In this document: positions 38,331 through 48,012 of the stretch, piece by piece
Numbering within the stretch: the first letter of the stretch is position 1
How the letters are laid out: each line of letters opens with the position of its first letter
From: an uncultured Eubacteriales bacterium
Lineage (GTDB): Bacteria > Bacillota > Sulfobacillia > Fermentithermobacillales > Fermentithermobacillaceae
Length of the DNA stretch: 64,000 bases
Direction of reading: 5' to 3'
NCBI GenBank assembly: GCA_964646385.1
Contig: CAZYEC010000001.1
Location: forward strand, 10,335-74,334
The notes under the pieces: generated by a model
Database searches by the model: none
What the model saw: the letters and a program-made list of their open reading frames with translations, nothing else
Told to the model about the DNA's origin: nothing
Translations under genes and position numbers: made by a program

Positions 38331-40858
38331 CAGAGACTACACGGCGACAAATCATGACCGGGACAGCCTTGCTAATCGTTGCAGTTCCAATATGGGTTGC
38401 TCTGCTTCAAGGACTTTGTTTTGCCAGTCCTGGTTTTTTCGAGCCGGGAGTTCACCGGATTCCTCTTCTGCTGTTGGGGGAACCGGTGTCCGGCAGCGGT
38501 TTTTGGGAGAATTCCGGATTCATTAAACAGCTTGAAAAGTCAGGATATCAGGTTGAAAAGAACGTGTTCGTGAGTTGTCCCAAAGAACCCTACCTGGACC
38601 TGGCCGAGGGCAGCGGCTCGGTGGCCCGGATCGTTACAGACGTTATGGCGAAAACTTCATTTCAGCAGATTGATGTAGTCAGTTTTGGGACATCGGGGTT
38701 GGTGGCAAGGTTCGCTTTGGAATTCGGGTACATTGATTCGGCGTGCATTCGAAACTTGGTCATGGTCGGTTCTCCCAACAAAGGTACTTTTGTTGCGGAG
38801 ATCATCAAGTCACTGGTGGAGGTTGTGGGACAGGAGGCGGCGCTTGAAAAGGCTACAAGAAGCGCACGGTTTATCCCTTTTGTCGGCGGACCCTTGGACA
38901 CGCTGCCTCTTGAGCGCAGCTTGCTAACTGCCCCTCAGGGACCCTGGGAAAGCGAAAGCTTGTGGATACGGGACAGGGCTGAGGGGGTCTACGAGCCCCT
39001 GTATGCTTCGTATGTGGCGGAGCGGCATCTTGCAATTCCATACATTCCGGCCAACTCGCCCAAAGAGACTTTTGCCGGCTGGATCTCCCAATCTTATCCC
39101 CAACTGTGGCAAAAGGCAGTGCTTGAAGGCGTCGACCCGCCCCTTTTTCGGGGCGTGGACACACTGCCCGCCGGCGGGGGAATGCCTCGGGCCGGAGAAG
39201 ATTTATCTTGCGCCTACTACGAATTGCTGGCCATGGATGTGGCTAGAAACTTGTATGTCATGCGCACCGCATCCAAGGGCGGGTTGGCGGAATCCTTGAT
39301 GGATAAGCCATATATTCCGGTTAGTTGGCGAGATGCCTTGTTTCATTACGGCGAACGCCTATTGGCACACTACGCCGGGAAGGCTCTGATTACCGTCAAA
39401 TCCGAGATACAAAAGGCTTTTTCCGACTGGGTTGCGGTTGCCGGCGGGTTTGTGGGCGGCAGGGATGCGCCCCTTTTGAGAAGGTTAATCAGGGAAGAGA
39501 CAGTGGTCAACTTGGGCACATCGGTGAAGGACCGGTTTCAAAAAGTGCCTGCCAACCGGTATTTGTCCGACATCAACGCTCTTTCAGTTGCAGCATCAAC
39601 TGACAGAAAGACTAGGTATGTCACGGTTGCGGGTGTATCTCCGAATTTGTTGTCACTGGTGTGGCCCCAGATCGCCTCTAACGACTTTTACTGCGAGGTG
39701 GATTCCGCAGTTGCCCCTTTGGGCTTAAGAGACGCTGTACGGGTATTTTCGGGAATCTTGTCTACGTTTCACAAAGGGCTTTTGGGCGATAAGAACGTTC
39801 AAAATTACATCCTGTCGGTGCTGGCAGATCGAGACCAATCGGCAACAGCGAAGGAAATCGGTCAGAATGAGTCCGTATCGCTCAAAATCTCGTCATGGAC
39901 GCCGGCTTACCTTGTTCCCGGGGACGGGGTGGGCGCGATAGATTTTACGTTGCCGGAACCCCCACCGGGCTGGGCATATTCCATATGGCACGACGACGGC
40001 TCCCGTGCACAACCGGTAACAAATCGCAGCCGCAGCGGTGTTCTCAGGGTAGCCCTGCCGCCGGATTCCGGTAAGGTTGGAGTCAGATTAATCTGTGCGG
40101 GGCAGCAGGGTTTGACCACGTCAACGGGGAAAACGGAGTCTGCTTTCCTTAAAGAAGTTGTTGGGTGCGTGGAAGCTGCCGGTTTCCCGGTGTCCGACCA
40201 ACCTTGGGGTTCAGACAACCAAGGCTGTGACCAGACCAATCCGGATCCCAAGACGTGGCCGGATACGGGAGTTTTGCCCGATTTGCCACTTATAAGGGCA
40301 GTGTACAGAACCAAACGCACAACTCTGAAAGACCCTGTAGAAACGTATCATTGTCTTTGGAGTCTTGATTTTGGAGACGGGCACAAGCAAGTCATCAGCG
40401 GCGAGCCCGTTTTGTGCCTTGAATACAGGTACTCCAAACAAGGCACTTACCGGGCGCAAGCGGTGTCTTACGACAACGACGGAAATGAGATTCTTACAAA
40501 AACGTGGGATGTCGTCGCCACGGCGACAGACACCTGCTATACGTTCATGTGCACCAGCGTGAGAAAGCAGGAAGTTGACCTGGTCCTTCAAGGCCCTCAA
40601 AAGTGGGTCACGGGCAAACCGGCCGAGTACAGGGGGTGTTTGGAGATGGACCAGTTGCCTGAGGTCAGGGTCGCAAGCGCGACTTTTGACCCGGGCCAGC
40701 AGTTCATGGTTTTGTGGGAACGCGCCGGAGACTTTCAGGTTTCCTGCGCAGTGACTTTAAAACTGGAATATAACCTGGAAGGCAGGGTGATTTCGGTAAA
40801 AAATACTTACGTAACCCATATGCCGGTGACCGTGCTTACCACGGGAGTGACGAACTGA
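38327..40858 (+). CDS. Large exported protein: Tat-like signal, lipase-like alpha/beta-hydrolase domain with a degenerate nucleophile elbow, and a C-terminal PKD domain.
   Basis: N-terminus MTETTRRQIMTGTALLIVAVPIWVALLQGLCFA (RR motif). The region IDVVSFGTSGL...NLVMVGSPNKGT aligns to Bacillus LipA VDIVAHSMGG...VVTLGGANRLTT, with the Ser nucleophile replaced. PKD signature CLWSLDFGDGH...GTYRAQAVSYDNDGN. Confidence 0.6.
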   Translation: MTETTRRQIMTGTALLIVAVPIWVALLQGLCFASPGFFEPGVHRIPLLLLGEPVSGSGFWENSGFIKQLEKSGYQVEKNVFVSCPKEPYLDLAEGSGSVARIVTDVMAKTSFQQIDVVSFGTSGLVARFALEFGYIDSACIRNLVMVGSPNKGTFVAEIIKSLVEVVGQEAALEKATRSARFIPFVGGPLDTLPLERSLLTAPQGPWESESLWIRDRAEGVYEPLYASYVAERHLAIPYIPANSPKETFAGWISQSYPQLWQKAVLEGVDPPLFRGVDTLPAGGGMPRAGEDLSCAYYELLAMDVARNLYVMRTASKGGLAESLMDKPYIPVSWRDALFHYGERLLAHYAGKALITVKSEIQKAFSDWVAVAGGFVGGRDAPLLRRLIREETVVNLGTSVKDRFQKVPANRYLSDINALSVAASTDRKTRYVTVAGVSPNLLSLVWPQIASNDFYCEVDSAVAPLGLRDAVRVFSGILSTFHKGLLGDKNVQNYILSVLADRDQSATAKEIGQNESVSLKISSWTPAYLVPGDGVGAIDFTLPEPPPGWAYSIWHDDGSRAQPVTNRSRSGVLRVALPPDSGKVGVRLICAGQQGLTTSTGKTESAFLKEVVGCVEAAGFPVSDQPWGSDNQGCDQTNPDPKTWPDTGVLPDLPLIRAVYRTKRTTLKDPVETYHCLWSLDFGDGHKQVISGEPVLCLEYRYSKQGTYRAQAVSYDNDGNEILTKTWDVVATATDTCYTFMCTSVRKQEVDLVLQGPQKWVTGKPAEYRGCLEMDQLPEVRVASATFDPGQQFMVLWERAGDFQVSCAVTLKLEYNLEGRVISVKNTYVTHMPVTVLTTGVTN

Positions 40859-40877
40859 ACCCCTTCGTTGTCGGCAG

Positions 40878-40907
40878 AACCGGTGGAACCGGTTCCCAAC
40901 GTTTTTC
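40878..40907 (+). terminator. Intrinsic terminator after the PKD-protein gene.
   Basis: AACCGG-tggaa-CCGGTT hairpin followed by CCAACGTTTTTCG. Confidence 0.55.
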
Positions 40908-40993
40908 GTCTACATGTCTGTGATGCCGGGGGACTTCAGAGTTGATGCTTCCCCGGCAGGTAGAATTTCGTTACTGCGGGGATAGCGAAAGAG

Positions 40994-41770
40994 GTGACGC
41001 CTTTGATCAAAGTGTCGGACCTTGCAAAGACCTACGCTATGGGCAAAATTAAAGTCCCGGCTCTTCGAGGCATCGATCTGGAGTTTTCCGAAGGGCAGTT
41101 CACTTGCATAATGGGGCCCTCAGGGTCGGGCAAATCTACCCTGATGAACATTTTAGGGTGTCTTGACAGGCCCACAGCCGGTACTTATTTACTGGATGGG
41201 GAAGATGTGAGCAAAAAATCGGACAATTCGTTGGCCAACATTCGGAACAAGTCTATAGGCTTCATTTTTCAAACGTTTAACCTGCTGCCCCGCGTCGATG
41301 CTCTGTCTAACGTGGAGCTGCCTTTGGTTTACCGGGGTACCGGTGCCAAGAAACGCAAGGAACGGGCAAAGACTGCCTTGGAATCTGTGGGGCTTGGGGA
41401 CAGGATGGGACACCGGCCCAGCGAGATGTCCGGGGGAGAGCAACAAAGGGTTGCCATAGCAAGAGCCATTGCCGGCGACCCCAAAATCATACTGGCGGAC
41501 GAACCCACCGGGAACTTGGATACCCGTTCCGGTGAAGAGGTCATGGCCATTTTTCAGGATTTGAACAAGAAGGGCATCACCCTTGTTTTGGTGAGCCACG
41601 ATTCCGACATAGCGCGGCACGCTGAACGAGTTGTAACCATGCGGGACGGTGTTGTCGTGTCCGACGTTCCCGTGAGAGAGCGGTTGGATGCTAGGGAGGT
41701 CATGGCAGGCATGACGCCGATTGGCGCGAATGGTGCCCAAAGTGCGGGCGAACTCCTTTCGTTCCCCTGA
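40994..41770 (+). CDS. ABC transporter ATP-binding protein (MacB/LolD/FtsE-like), with no adjacent permease.
   Basis: Walker A GPSGSGKST, signature LSGGEQQRVAIARA and Walker B ILADEPT. No permease gene is adjacent. Confidence 0.85.
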   Translation: MTPLIKVSDLAKTYAMGKIKVPALRGIDLEFSEGQFTCIMGPSGSGKSTLMNILGCLDRPTAGTYLLDGEDVSKKSDNSLANIRNKSIGFIFQTFNLLPRVDALSNVELPLVYRGTGAKKRKERAKTALESVGLGDRMGHRPSEMSGGEQQRVAIARAIAGDPKIILADEPTGNLDTRSGEEVMAIFQDLNKKGITLVLVSHDSDIARHAERVVTMRDGVVVSDVPVRERLDAREVMAGMTPIGANGAQSAGELLSFP

Positions 41771-41782
41771 TTGGCCGAGCAC

Positions 41783-42199
41783 TTAAGGGGTTATGGTTTC
41801 CTGAACTATACGCCGGATGAGGTCTTTGCCTTCCTGACTTTTGAGAAAAATGTCTAGGGCGTCAGCCAGGGCTTTTCTGAATTCAGGCGACCGAACGGCC
41901 TCTTCAAGGATCGTTTTATACATATCTTGGGACTGGCTTCCAATGAATTCTGCCACGACTGCTTTGCCTTGGTCGGATGTAAGAATCTCTTGTATCATTC
42001 CCCTTACTGCCGTCATATCGATGCCCATTGCTTCGGATTGGCCTGAGTCGGGTGTTCGGGACAGTCCCATGAAATAAGCGGCGGTTTTTGCCCATAATTC
42101 CGGGGAATACTGTCGAATTCCCAAGACAGCACCCACGGTGAAGCCGATACCCAGGCATACACCTAAGAAAACCAAAAGGAATTTGCGACCCGGAGACAT
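41783..42199 (-). CDS. Hypothetical membrane-anchored protein.
   Basis: N-terminal TM helix (FLLVFLGVCLGIGF) and a helical repeat-like C-terminal part. No family recognised. Confidence 0.45.
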   Translation of the reverse strand: MSPGRKFLLVFLGVCLGIGFTVGAVLGIRQYSPELWAKTAAYFMGLSRTPDSGQSEAMGIDMTAVRGMIQEILTSDQGKAVVAEFIGSQSQDMYKTILEEAVRSPEFRKALADALDIFLKSQEGKDLIRRIVQETITP

Positions 42200-42284
42200 T
42201 TGGCAATACCTCCCTATGCCTCCTATGATGCGTTTACTGGTATGCGATTATTCAGTCGTGTTATGATTAGTGCGGTGATCATAA

Positions 42285-43040
42285 ATGCATCCAGTGTTTT
42301 TCAAAATAGGGAATGTGGAATTTTTCTCTTATGGGCTCATGGTAGGCATCGGTTTTTTGGCCGGGGTGTGGCTTGCTTCCAAAAGGGCTTTCCACAAAGG
42401 CCTTGACCCGGATTCCTTGTTCTGGCTGTTTATTTTGCTGCTGGCCGGAGGTGTTGCCGGGGGGCGGCTGTTCCACATTGTGATGAACACAGGGTATTAC
42501 CGGGACTGGCGAAGTGTCTTGGACACCCGCAACGGCGGGTTTTCTATTCACGGCGTCCTGGTGGGAGGCGCCGTTTCTTTGGCCGCCTACGCCCGTTCCA
42601 AGGATGTCAGGTTTTTGGATCTCGCTGATTTACTTGCTCCTTCGGTGGCCTTGGGTCAGGGTTTCGGCAGGATAGGTTGTTTCTTGGCAGGTTGTTGCTA
42701 CGGCGTAGAGACATCGGGGACCTGGGGCTTCTGCACAAGATTCGCCCCCGGGCTTAGGCACCCTTACCAGCTTTATGAAAGCGCTTTCGATTTCGCGTTG
42801 GTCGCGGTTCTTCTGGCTGTGTCCCCCAAAGCCAAGGAAGCCGGCACTACTTTTTGGGTATATGTGGCCGCTTATGCCGGCGGGCGCTTCTTTTTGGAGT
42901 TTTTCAGGGATAATGATGCTCATTTCAAGGGACTCAGTTACGGGCAATGGGTTTCTTTGTTGGGTTTTGTCGCTTCTTTGGCCGCGATCCTATACGGGAG
43001 TGCCAAAGCTAAGAGGTCCGGAGTCTCCACCGGCGACTGA
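42285..43040 (+). CDS. lgt: Prolipoprotein diacylglyceryl transferase.
   Basis: N-terminus FFKIGNVEFFSYGLMVGIGFLAG, a G..GR.GCF..GCCYG-like motif, and about 250 aa. Confidence 0.85.
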   Translation: MHPVFFKIGNVEFFSYGLMVGIGFLAGVWLASKRAFHKGLDPDSLFWLFILLLAGGVAGGRLFHIVMNTGYYRDWRSVLDTRNGGFSIHGVLVGGAVSLAAYARSKDVRFLDLADLLAPSVALGQGFGRIGCFLAGCCYGVETSGTWGFCTRFAPGLRHPYQLYESAFDFALVAVLLAVSPKAKEAGTTFWVYVAAYAGGRFFLEFFRDNDAHFKGLSYGQWVSLLGFVASLAAILYGSAKAKRSGVSTGD

Positions 43041-43174
43041 CAGGAAAATCATCATCATGCTAAAGTCGGAATAACGCTGTTTCACTATAAATCCACGCTT
43101 TGATTTCGTCGAACTATATTATAATGCGGTTTGTAGAATTGTTCGTATTGTTTGAAAATTCGGAGGGAAAGGGT

Positions 43175-44257
43175 ATGGCAGTAATCGGTGGGGCGGGAAA
43201 ACCGGGCGGTCCTTCCTACACGATGTTTGACGGGGTCTATTCCAAAGAGCTGGAGGTGTTATTCAGGATAGCTCAGGAAATGACCAAGTTGTTGGACCTT
43301 AATGAACTCCTGGATCACGTGGTAAGCCTTGTTTCAAACATAATGGGGTACACGAACTGCGTGATCCTTTTGTGCGATGAAGAGAGGGAGCACCTTACCC
43401 TGGCGGCCGGGCTGGGCATTTCGCAACCTGTCGTAGGGCTCAAAATTCCTAAAGGCATTGGGATCGCCTGGTCGGTTATGGCAGCCGGTATTCCCCAAAA
43501 TGTTGGCGATGTCGCCAAGGATCCCCGTTACTACGAAGTGGTTGGGGGAATCGGTTCCGAAATCTATGCGCCGCTGGCAGTTAGAGGAAAACGGCTGGGT
43601 ATCCTTTTGGTTCAAAAGGCCGAGACTCATGGCTTTGAAGCCAACGATGTCAAATTGACCCAAGCTGTGGCGGGGCATATTGCAGCGGCGCTGGAAGTTG
43701 CTCAGCTTCACGAACGAGTTAAACGGGCCGCCCTGACGGATTCGCTCACGGGGCTGCACAACCGGAGGATGATTTTGGAAAGCATCGACTCCGCTATCGA
43801 ACGAAGCACCTGCACCCGCCCTATTGTGCCTGTTTCCGTGGCGATTCTGGATGTTGACTGTTTGAAATACATTAACGACAAGTACGGCCATTTGGTCGGG
43901 GATGCCGTGCTTGCCCGCATCGGCAAACACCTGAAAAATGGTTTTAGGGCTTGTGATAAAGTGGGCCGGTACGGCGGCGATGAATTTGTGGTTTTGCTTC
44001 CGGGAGCCACGCGGGAGGCTTCCGAAAAACGGATCAAAGGGATGCTGGGTCCGTGGCGTAGCGACAGGATCGTGGCCCGGTCCGGTGAGAGTATCCAAAT
44101 TCCCGGAGCGTCTTTTGGGGTGGCTTGTTACCCCTTTGATGGTGAGGAAGCCAGGACGGTCCTTTCGGTAGCCGATGACAGGCTTTTGGAAGTCAAGCGA
44201 CGCAGAATTGGGCAAATGATTGGCGTCAGCCGGAAACCTGATTGGACTGGCCAATAG
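43175..44257 (+). CDS. GAF-GGDEF diguanylate cyclase.
   Basis: GAF domain followed by GGDEF (LTGLHNRR...YGGDEFVVLLPG). Confidence 0.85.
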   Translation: MAVIGGAGKPGGPSYTMFDGVYSKELEVLFRIAQEMTKLLDLNELLDHVVSLVSNIMGYTNCVILLCDEEREHLTLAAGLGISQPVVGLKIPKGIGIAWSVMAAGIPQNVGDVAKDPRYYEVVGGIGSEIYAPLAVRGKRLGILLVQKAETHGFEANDVKLTQAVAGHIAAALEVAQLHERVKRAALTDSLTGLHNRRMILESIDSAIERSTCTRPIVPVSVAILDVDCLKYINDKYGHLVGDAVLARIGKHLKNGFRACDKVGRYGGDEFVVLLPGATREASEKRIKGMLGPWRSDRIVARSGESIQIPGASFGVACYPFDGEEARTVLSVADDRLLEVKRRRIGQMIGVSRKPDWTGQ

Positions 44258-44283
44258 CACAGTATAAAACGATACTTTGAGTT

Positions 44284-44330
44284 GGAGCCCCGTGGGGGAG
44301 CGAGAACCCTCTCCCCGGGGCTTATCTATT
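44284..44330 (+). terminator. GC-rich hairpin with a U-rich tail after the GGDEF gene.
   Basis: About 16-17 bp of stem (GGAGCCCCG.GGGGGAG / CTCTCCCCGGGGCTT) followed by UAUCUAUU. Confidence 0.45.
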
Positions 44331-44459
44331 ACTCCAAGTTCTCCTGCGAAGCGATGCCAATTTTCACCCCATGCAGGAGAATTGGACCTTGAAGGGGAAG
44401 GTTATTAGATGGCGTGGACCTTGACAGGGATCCACGGAAGCGGCGCGAATATGTTCTGA

Positions 44460-44990
44460 ATGGTGGAGTCTTTGGCGTTGACCCGTGCTTACAATGTGGC
44501 CCGGATCGCTATTCTTGTGTCTTTAGCAACCGTGCTTCACGCCGTGGAAGCATTGATTCCTGTCCCTTTTGTGCTCCCCGGAGCAAAACTGGGATTGGCC
44601 AACATCGTTGCCCTGTACACAGTAGCAACCTTGGGGTTCAGGCACGCTTTTGCCATCAGTCTTTTGAGGACGTTTTTGGGCAGCCTGTTTACAGGGACTT
44701 TCCTGAGCACAGGATACTATCTCAGCACCGCGGGCGCTCTGGTTTCCACCGTCTCCATGAGCGGGCTCTGGAACCTTTTTCGCGGTCGGGTCAGCGTGGT
44801 GGGCGTGAGCCTGACAGGGGCTTTTACCCACAATTTGACGCAGCTTTTGGTGGCGGCGCTATTGCTCCAAACAGCCGGAGTGTTGTTCTACCTGCCATAC
44901 TTGTTGCTTTTTGCCATTCCTACCGGCATCTTCGTCGGTTTTTTGACCGGAAGGATCTTGGCTTTTAGCCCGGATTCCTGGCACCGGTGA
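44460..44990 (+). CDS. Gx transporter family protein (Hpre_diP_synt_I, PF07456-like).
   Basis: 176-aa polytopic membrane protein with a conserved ...GLANIV... region. Confidence 0.6.
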   Translation: MVESLALTRAYNVARIAILVSLATVLHAVEALIPVPFVLPGAKLGLANIVALYTVATLGFRHAFAISLLRTFLGSLFTGTFLSTGYYLSTAGALVSTVSMSGLWNLFRGRVSVVGVSLTGAFTHNLTQLLVAALLLQTAGVLFYLPYLLLFAIPTGIFVGFLTGRILAFSPDSWHR

Positions 44991-45048
44991 CTGAAGGGAA
45001 GGTGTCAGCGAGGTACGGGGTGCAGATTAACGCAAAGGGGGTGGATCG

Positions 45049-45681
45049 GTGATACGCAACAGGATTCCCGACGTTGTGGTACGGAGATTGGTGGAGTATC
45101 TCAGACTGCTGAAAGAGCTGCCATGCGGGGACAAAGACTTCATCTCCAGCGCAGAACTGGGCAATTTGTGCTCTGTGAACGGCGCACAAGTGCGGAAGGA
45201 TTTGGCCCTGTTCGGGGAGTTCGGCAAGCAGGGCGTAGGGTACCCTGTTCAGAGTTTGGTGGGCGAATTGACCCGGATTATCGGGGCAGATCGGGAAATG
45301 GGTGTGGCGGTGTTCGGTGTAGGTGAAATGGGAACGGCTTTGGTAAGGTTTTTGGCGGCCAGAAAGCGCCACGACCCCGATTACAAATTTGTCGTCAAGG
45401 CTCTGTTTGACAAAGACGAGCGAAAAATCGGATCTCATCTGGAAGGGTTGACCGTTACAGACTTGCCGGCAGCTGCGAAAGCTTCGCAGATTGAAGGAAT
45501 AAGCATAGGCATCGTCACGGTTCCTGCCTCGGCTGCCCAAGAGGTGTTGGATTTGGCGACAGCGTGGGGGATCCGGGGTTTCCTCAACTTCGCACCCATG
45601 AAACTCAGGGTTGCCCGGGGGATAAGGGTGTACAACGCTGATGTAACGCTTCAGCTACAGGAACTAGCGTTTTATTTGTAA
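45049..45681 (+). CDS. rex: Redox-sensing transcriptional repressor Rex.
   Basis: N-terminal wHTH (RRLVEYLRLL...ISS.ELG) and a Rossmann fold (VAVFGVGEMG). RBS AAAGGGGGTGG precedes the GTG start. Confidence 0.9.
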   Translation: MIRNRIPDVVVRRLVEYLRLLKELPCGDKDFISSAELGNLCSVNGAQVRKDLALFGEFGKQGVGYPVQSLVGELTRIIGADREMGVAVFGVGEMGTALVRFLAARKRHDPDYKFVVKALFDKDERKIGSHLEGLTVTDLPAAAKASQIEGISIGIVTVPASAAQEVLDLATAWGIRGFLNFAPMKLRVARGIRVYNADVTLQLQELAFYL

Positions 45682-45878
45682 TAAGGGCCAATGTCATCGG
45701 TATTGGATCTTAACATCGATCCAAATGGGGAAAAGGTGAATTGCCAGATGATCAGAGGTCTGATTCGTTATTCCTCCCGGAGAGTATACATGTTATGATA
45801 GCGTGGGTGAGGAAGTGTATTTGGTTTGGCTGGTCCAAGATGTATATTGGCCCAGAATTTTTCCCGGAGGTGACAAAG

Positions 45879-47444
45879 TTGGCGGTATCGTTGTCGCGGT
45901 TTGAGGAGAAACTCAGAGATCTGGCGAAACGCCGGGAAACGATCCAACTAGGTGGCGGAGCCGCAAGGATAGAGCGCCAGCACAAAGCGGGGAAGTGGAC
46001 TGCCCGCGAGAGGGTTGCCGCTCTTTTCGATCCAGGTACGTTCGTTGAAATCGACGCTTTCGTGACGCACCGTGCCAAGGAATTTGGGATGGAGAAAACA
46101 CAGGCCCCGGGGGAGGGCGTGGTGACGGGATACGGCCTGGTGGACGGCAGAGCAGTGTGCGTCGCATCTCAGGATTTCACCGTAATCGGCGGATCTTTGG
46201 GTGAAATGCACGCTGCAAAAATCGTCAAAGTCATGGAACTTGCCGCCAAAGTGGGTATCCCTTTCGTGTCCCTCAACGACTCCGGAGGCGCCAGAATTCA
46301 AGAAGGTGTGGATTCTTTGCGGGGTTACGGCGATATTTTTTACAAAAACGTTCAGAATTCGGGCGTGGTTCCCCAGATTTCTGTGATCCTGGGGCCTTGT
46401 GCAGGAGGGGCGGTATATTCCCCCGCCTTGACAGATTTCGTTTTTATGGTTCAGGGAACGTCCAACATGTTCATCACAGGCCCCCAAGTCATCAAGGCAG
46501 TAACCGGGGAAGAAGTGTCAGTGGATCAGTTGGGCGGGGCAGGAGTACATAGCCGGCTCAGCGGAAATGCTCATTTTGTTGCAGCCGATGAGGGAGCATG
46601 CATGAACATGGTGCGGGATCTGCTGAGTTTCCTTCCTTCCAACAACCAGGATGACCCGCCCCGTTTTGAGCCTACAGACGATCCCGGGAGACTGATTCCC
46701 GAGGCCAGGGATATTGTGCCTGCCGAACAGAACAGAAGTTACGATATGCACGATGTCATCCACGTCATGGTGGATAACGGGGAGTTTTTTGAGGTGTCCC
46801 GGGATTACGCCAAGAATATCATTACCGGATTCGGAAGGTTGAACGGGAGGTCTATCGGCGTCGTCGCCAACCAACCTAACGATAAGGCGGGTTGCCTTGA
46901 CATAAATGCCTCTGACAAAGCCTCAAGATTTGTCAGGTTTTGCGACGCTTTCAACATTCCTCTGGTAACGTTGACGGATGTTCCGGGTTATCTGCCCGGG
47001 GTAGACCAGGAATATGGCGGGATCATAAGACACGGCGCAAAGTTGTTATACGCCTATTCCGAGGCTACTGTCCCCAAAATCACCGTTATCACAAGAAAAT
47101 CCTACGGCGGGGCCTACCTTGCAATGTGTGCCAGACATCTTGGCGCGGACATGGTGTTTGCGTTTCCCACAGCGGAAATTGCGGTGATGGGTCCCGAAGG
47201 GGCGGCAAACATAGTGTTCCGGGATGAAATAGGCAAAGCCGAGAACCCAGAGGAAAAACGCAAAGAGAAGATCCAGGAGTTCAGAAACGTATTCGCTAAC
47301 CCCTATGTGGCTGCCAGCAGGGGGTTTGTGGACGACGTCATCGATCCCCAGGAGCTCAGGCTGAGGGTTATCGGGGCTTTGGAGCTGTTGGTTACAAAAA
47401 AAGCGGACACCCCTGTCAGGAAACATGGCAACATGCCCGTGTAA
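45879..47444 (+). CDS. mmdA: Methylmalonyl-CoA decarboxylase alpha subunit / acyl-CoA carboxyltransferase.
   Basis: Carboxyltransferase N- and C-domains. The N-terminus RFEEKLRDLAKRRE...GGG..RIERQHKAGKWTARER resembles MmdA/PccB. A GGAGG RBS precedes the TTG at 45879. Confidence 0.85.
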   Translation: MAVSLSRFEEKLRDLAKRRETIQLGGGAARIERQHKAGKWTARERVAALFDPGTFVEIDAFVTHRAKEFGMEKTQAPGEGVVTGYGLVDGRAVCVASQDFTVIGGSLGEMHAAKIVKVMELAAKVGIPFVSLNDSGGARIQEGVDSLRGYGDIFYKNVQNSGVVPQISVILGPCAGGAVYSPALTDFVFMVQGTSNMFITGPQVIKAVTGEEVSVDQLGGAGVHSRLSGNAHFVAADEGACMNMVRDLLSFLPSNNQDDPPRFEPTDDPGRLIPEARDIVPAEQNRSYDMHDVIHVMVDNGEFFEVSRDYAKNIITGFGRLNGRSIGVVANQPNDKAGCLDINASDKASRFVRFCDAFNIPLVTLTDVPGYLPGVDQEYGGIIRHGAKLLYAYSEATVPKITVITRKSYGGAYLAMCARHLGADMVFAFPTAEIAVMGPEGAANIVFRDEIGKAENPEEKRKEKIQEFRNVFANPYVAASRGFVDDVIDPQELRLRVIGALELLVTKKADTPVRKHGNMPV

Positions 47445-47513
47445 AGAGCGGGGGCAGGTTACAGATCGCAAATAGCTCCCGGTGAGAGGGGAGAAGGGGA
47501 GGGTGCAAGGGAC

Positions 47514-47951
47514 GTGCCTGATACGTATGCCGGGGCATTCCAGCTTATAGGGATTAACTTGACGATGGTTTTTGTGGTGCTTGCGGCTTTGGCCGGAATC
47601 ATCAACATAACTCGATGGGTGCTCAGCCGGCACCAGCCACTTGAAAGGAAAGACACCGCATTGGACCGGGAAAAACGTGTGACGGTACTGACCGGTTCCC
47701 ATTCGGATCTTCAAAAGGAAACAACGTTGCCCCCCGACAAAGTTAGCGCAACAATGAAGGCCGCGATGATGGCGGCCGTTGCAGCGCACATGAGCTCCTC
47801 TCAGCCCCCCGCGTTTCAGCGAACTGCCGCGCGGGGAGGCGTTTGGGGGAGGCAGTCCGGGAGGGGCCCGGGCGGCGGGCTTGGCACTTACAGGTCAGCA
47901 GCAGCCGCACACCGGTCGTGGCCCACCCGTGCCGGCAGAAACCAGGTATAG
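47514..47951 (+). CDS. Na+-pumping decarboxylase gamma subunit (OadG/MmdD-like).
   Basis: N-terminal TM anchor, a Pro/Ala linker and an Ala/His-rich tail. RBS GGGGAGGGTG. The 3' end is uncertain and may be shorter. Confidence 0.55.
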   Translation: MPDTYAGAFQLIGINLTMVFVVLAALAGIINITRWVLSRHQPLERKDTALDREKRVTVLTGSHSDLQKETTLPPDKVSATMKAAMMAAVAAHMSSSQPPAFQRTAARGGVWGRQSGRGPGGGLGTYRSAAAAHRSWPTRAGRNQV

Positions 47952-48012
47952 GGAATCACCGGCGTATCCGGTTTGTGTGGAAAAGAGTCTGGGTTCAAGA
48001 GGAGGATTAGTC

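Noticed and set aside
44284-44400. Possible riboswitch between the GGDEF gene and the Gx transporter (c-di-GMP/ydaO-like idea).
   Set aside because: The first hairpin is a simple GC-rich stem-loop with a U-rich tail about 27 nt after the stop, which is best explained as an intrinsic terminator. No GEMM or ydaO consensus blocks were found.
45682-45880. Canonical Rex operator upstream of mmdA.
   Set aside because: No TTGTGAA...TTCACAA or TTGTTAA...TTAACAA sequence is present. Only a single TTAACA half-site sits inside a different palindrome.
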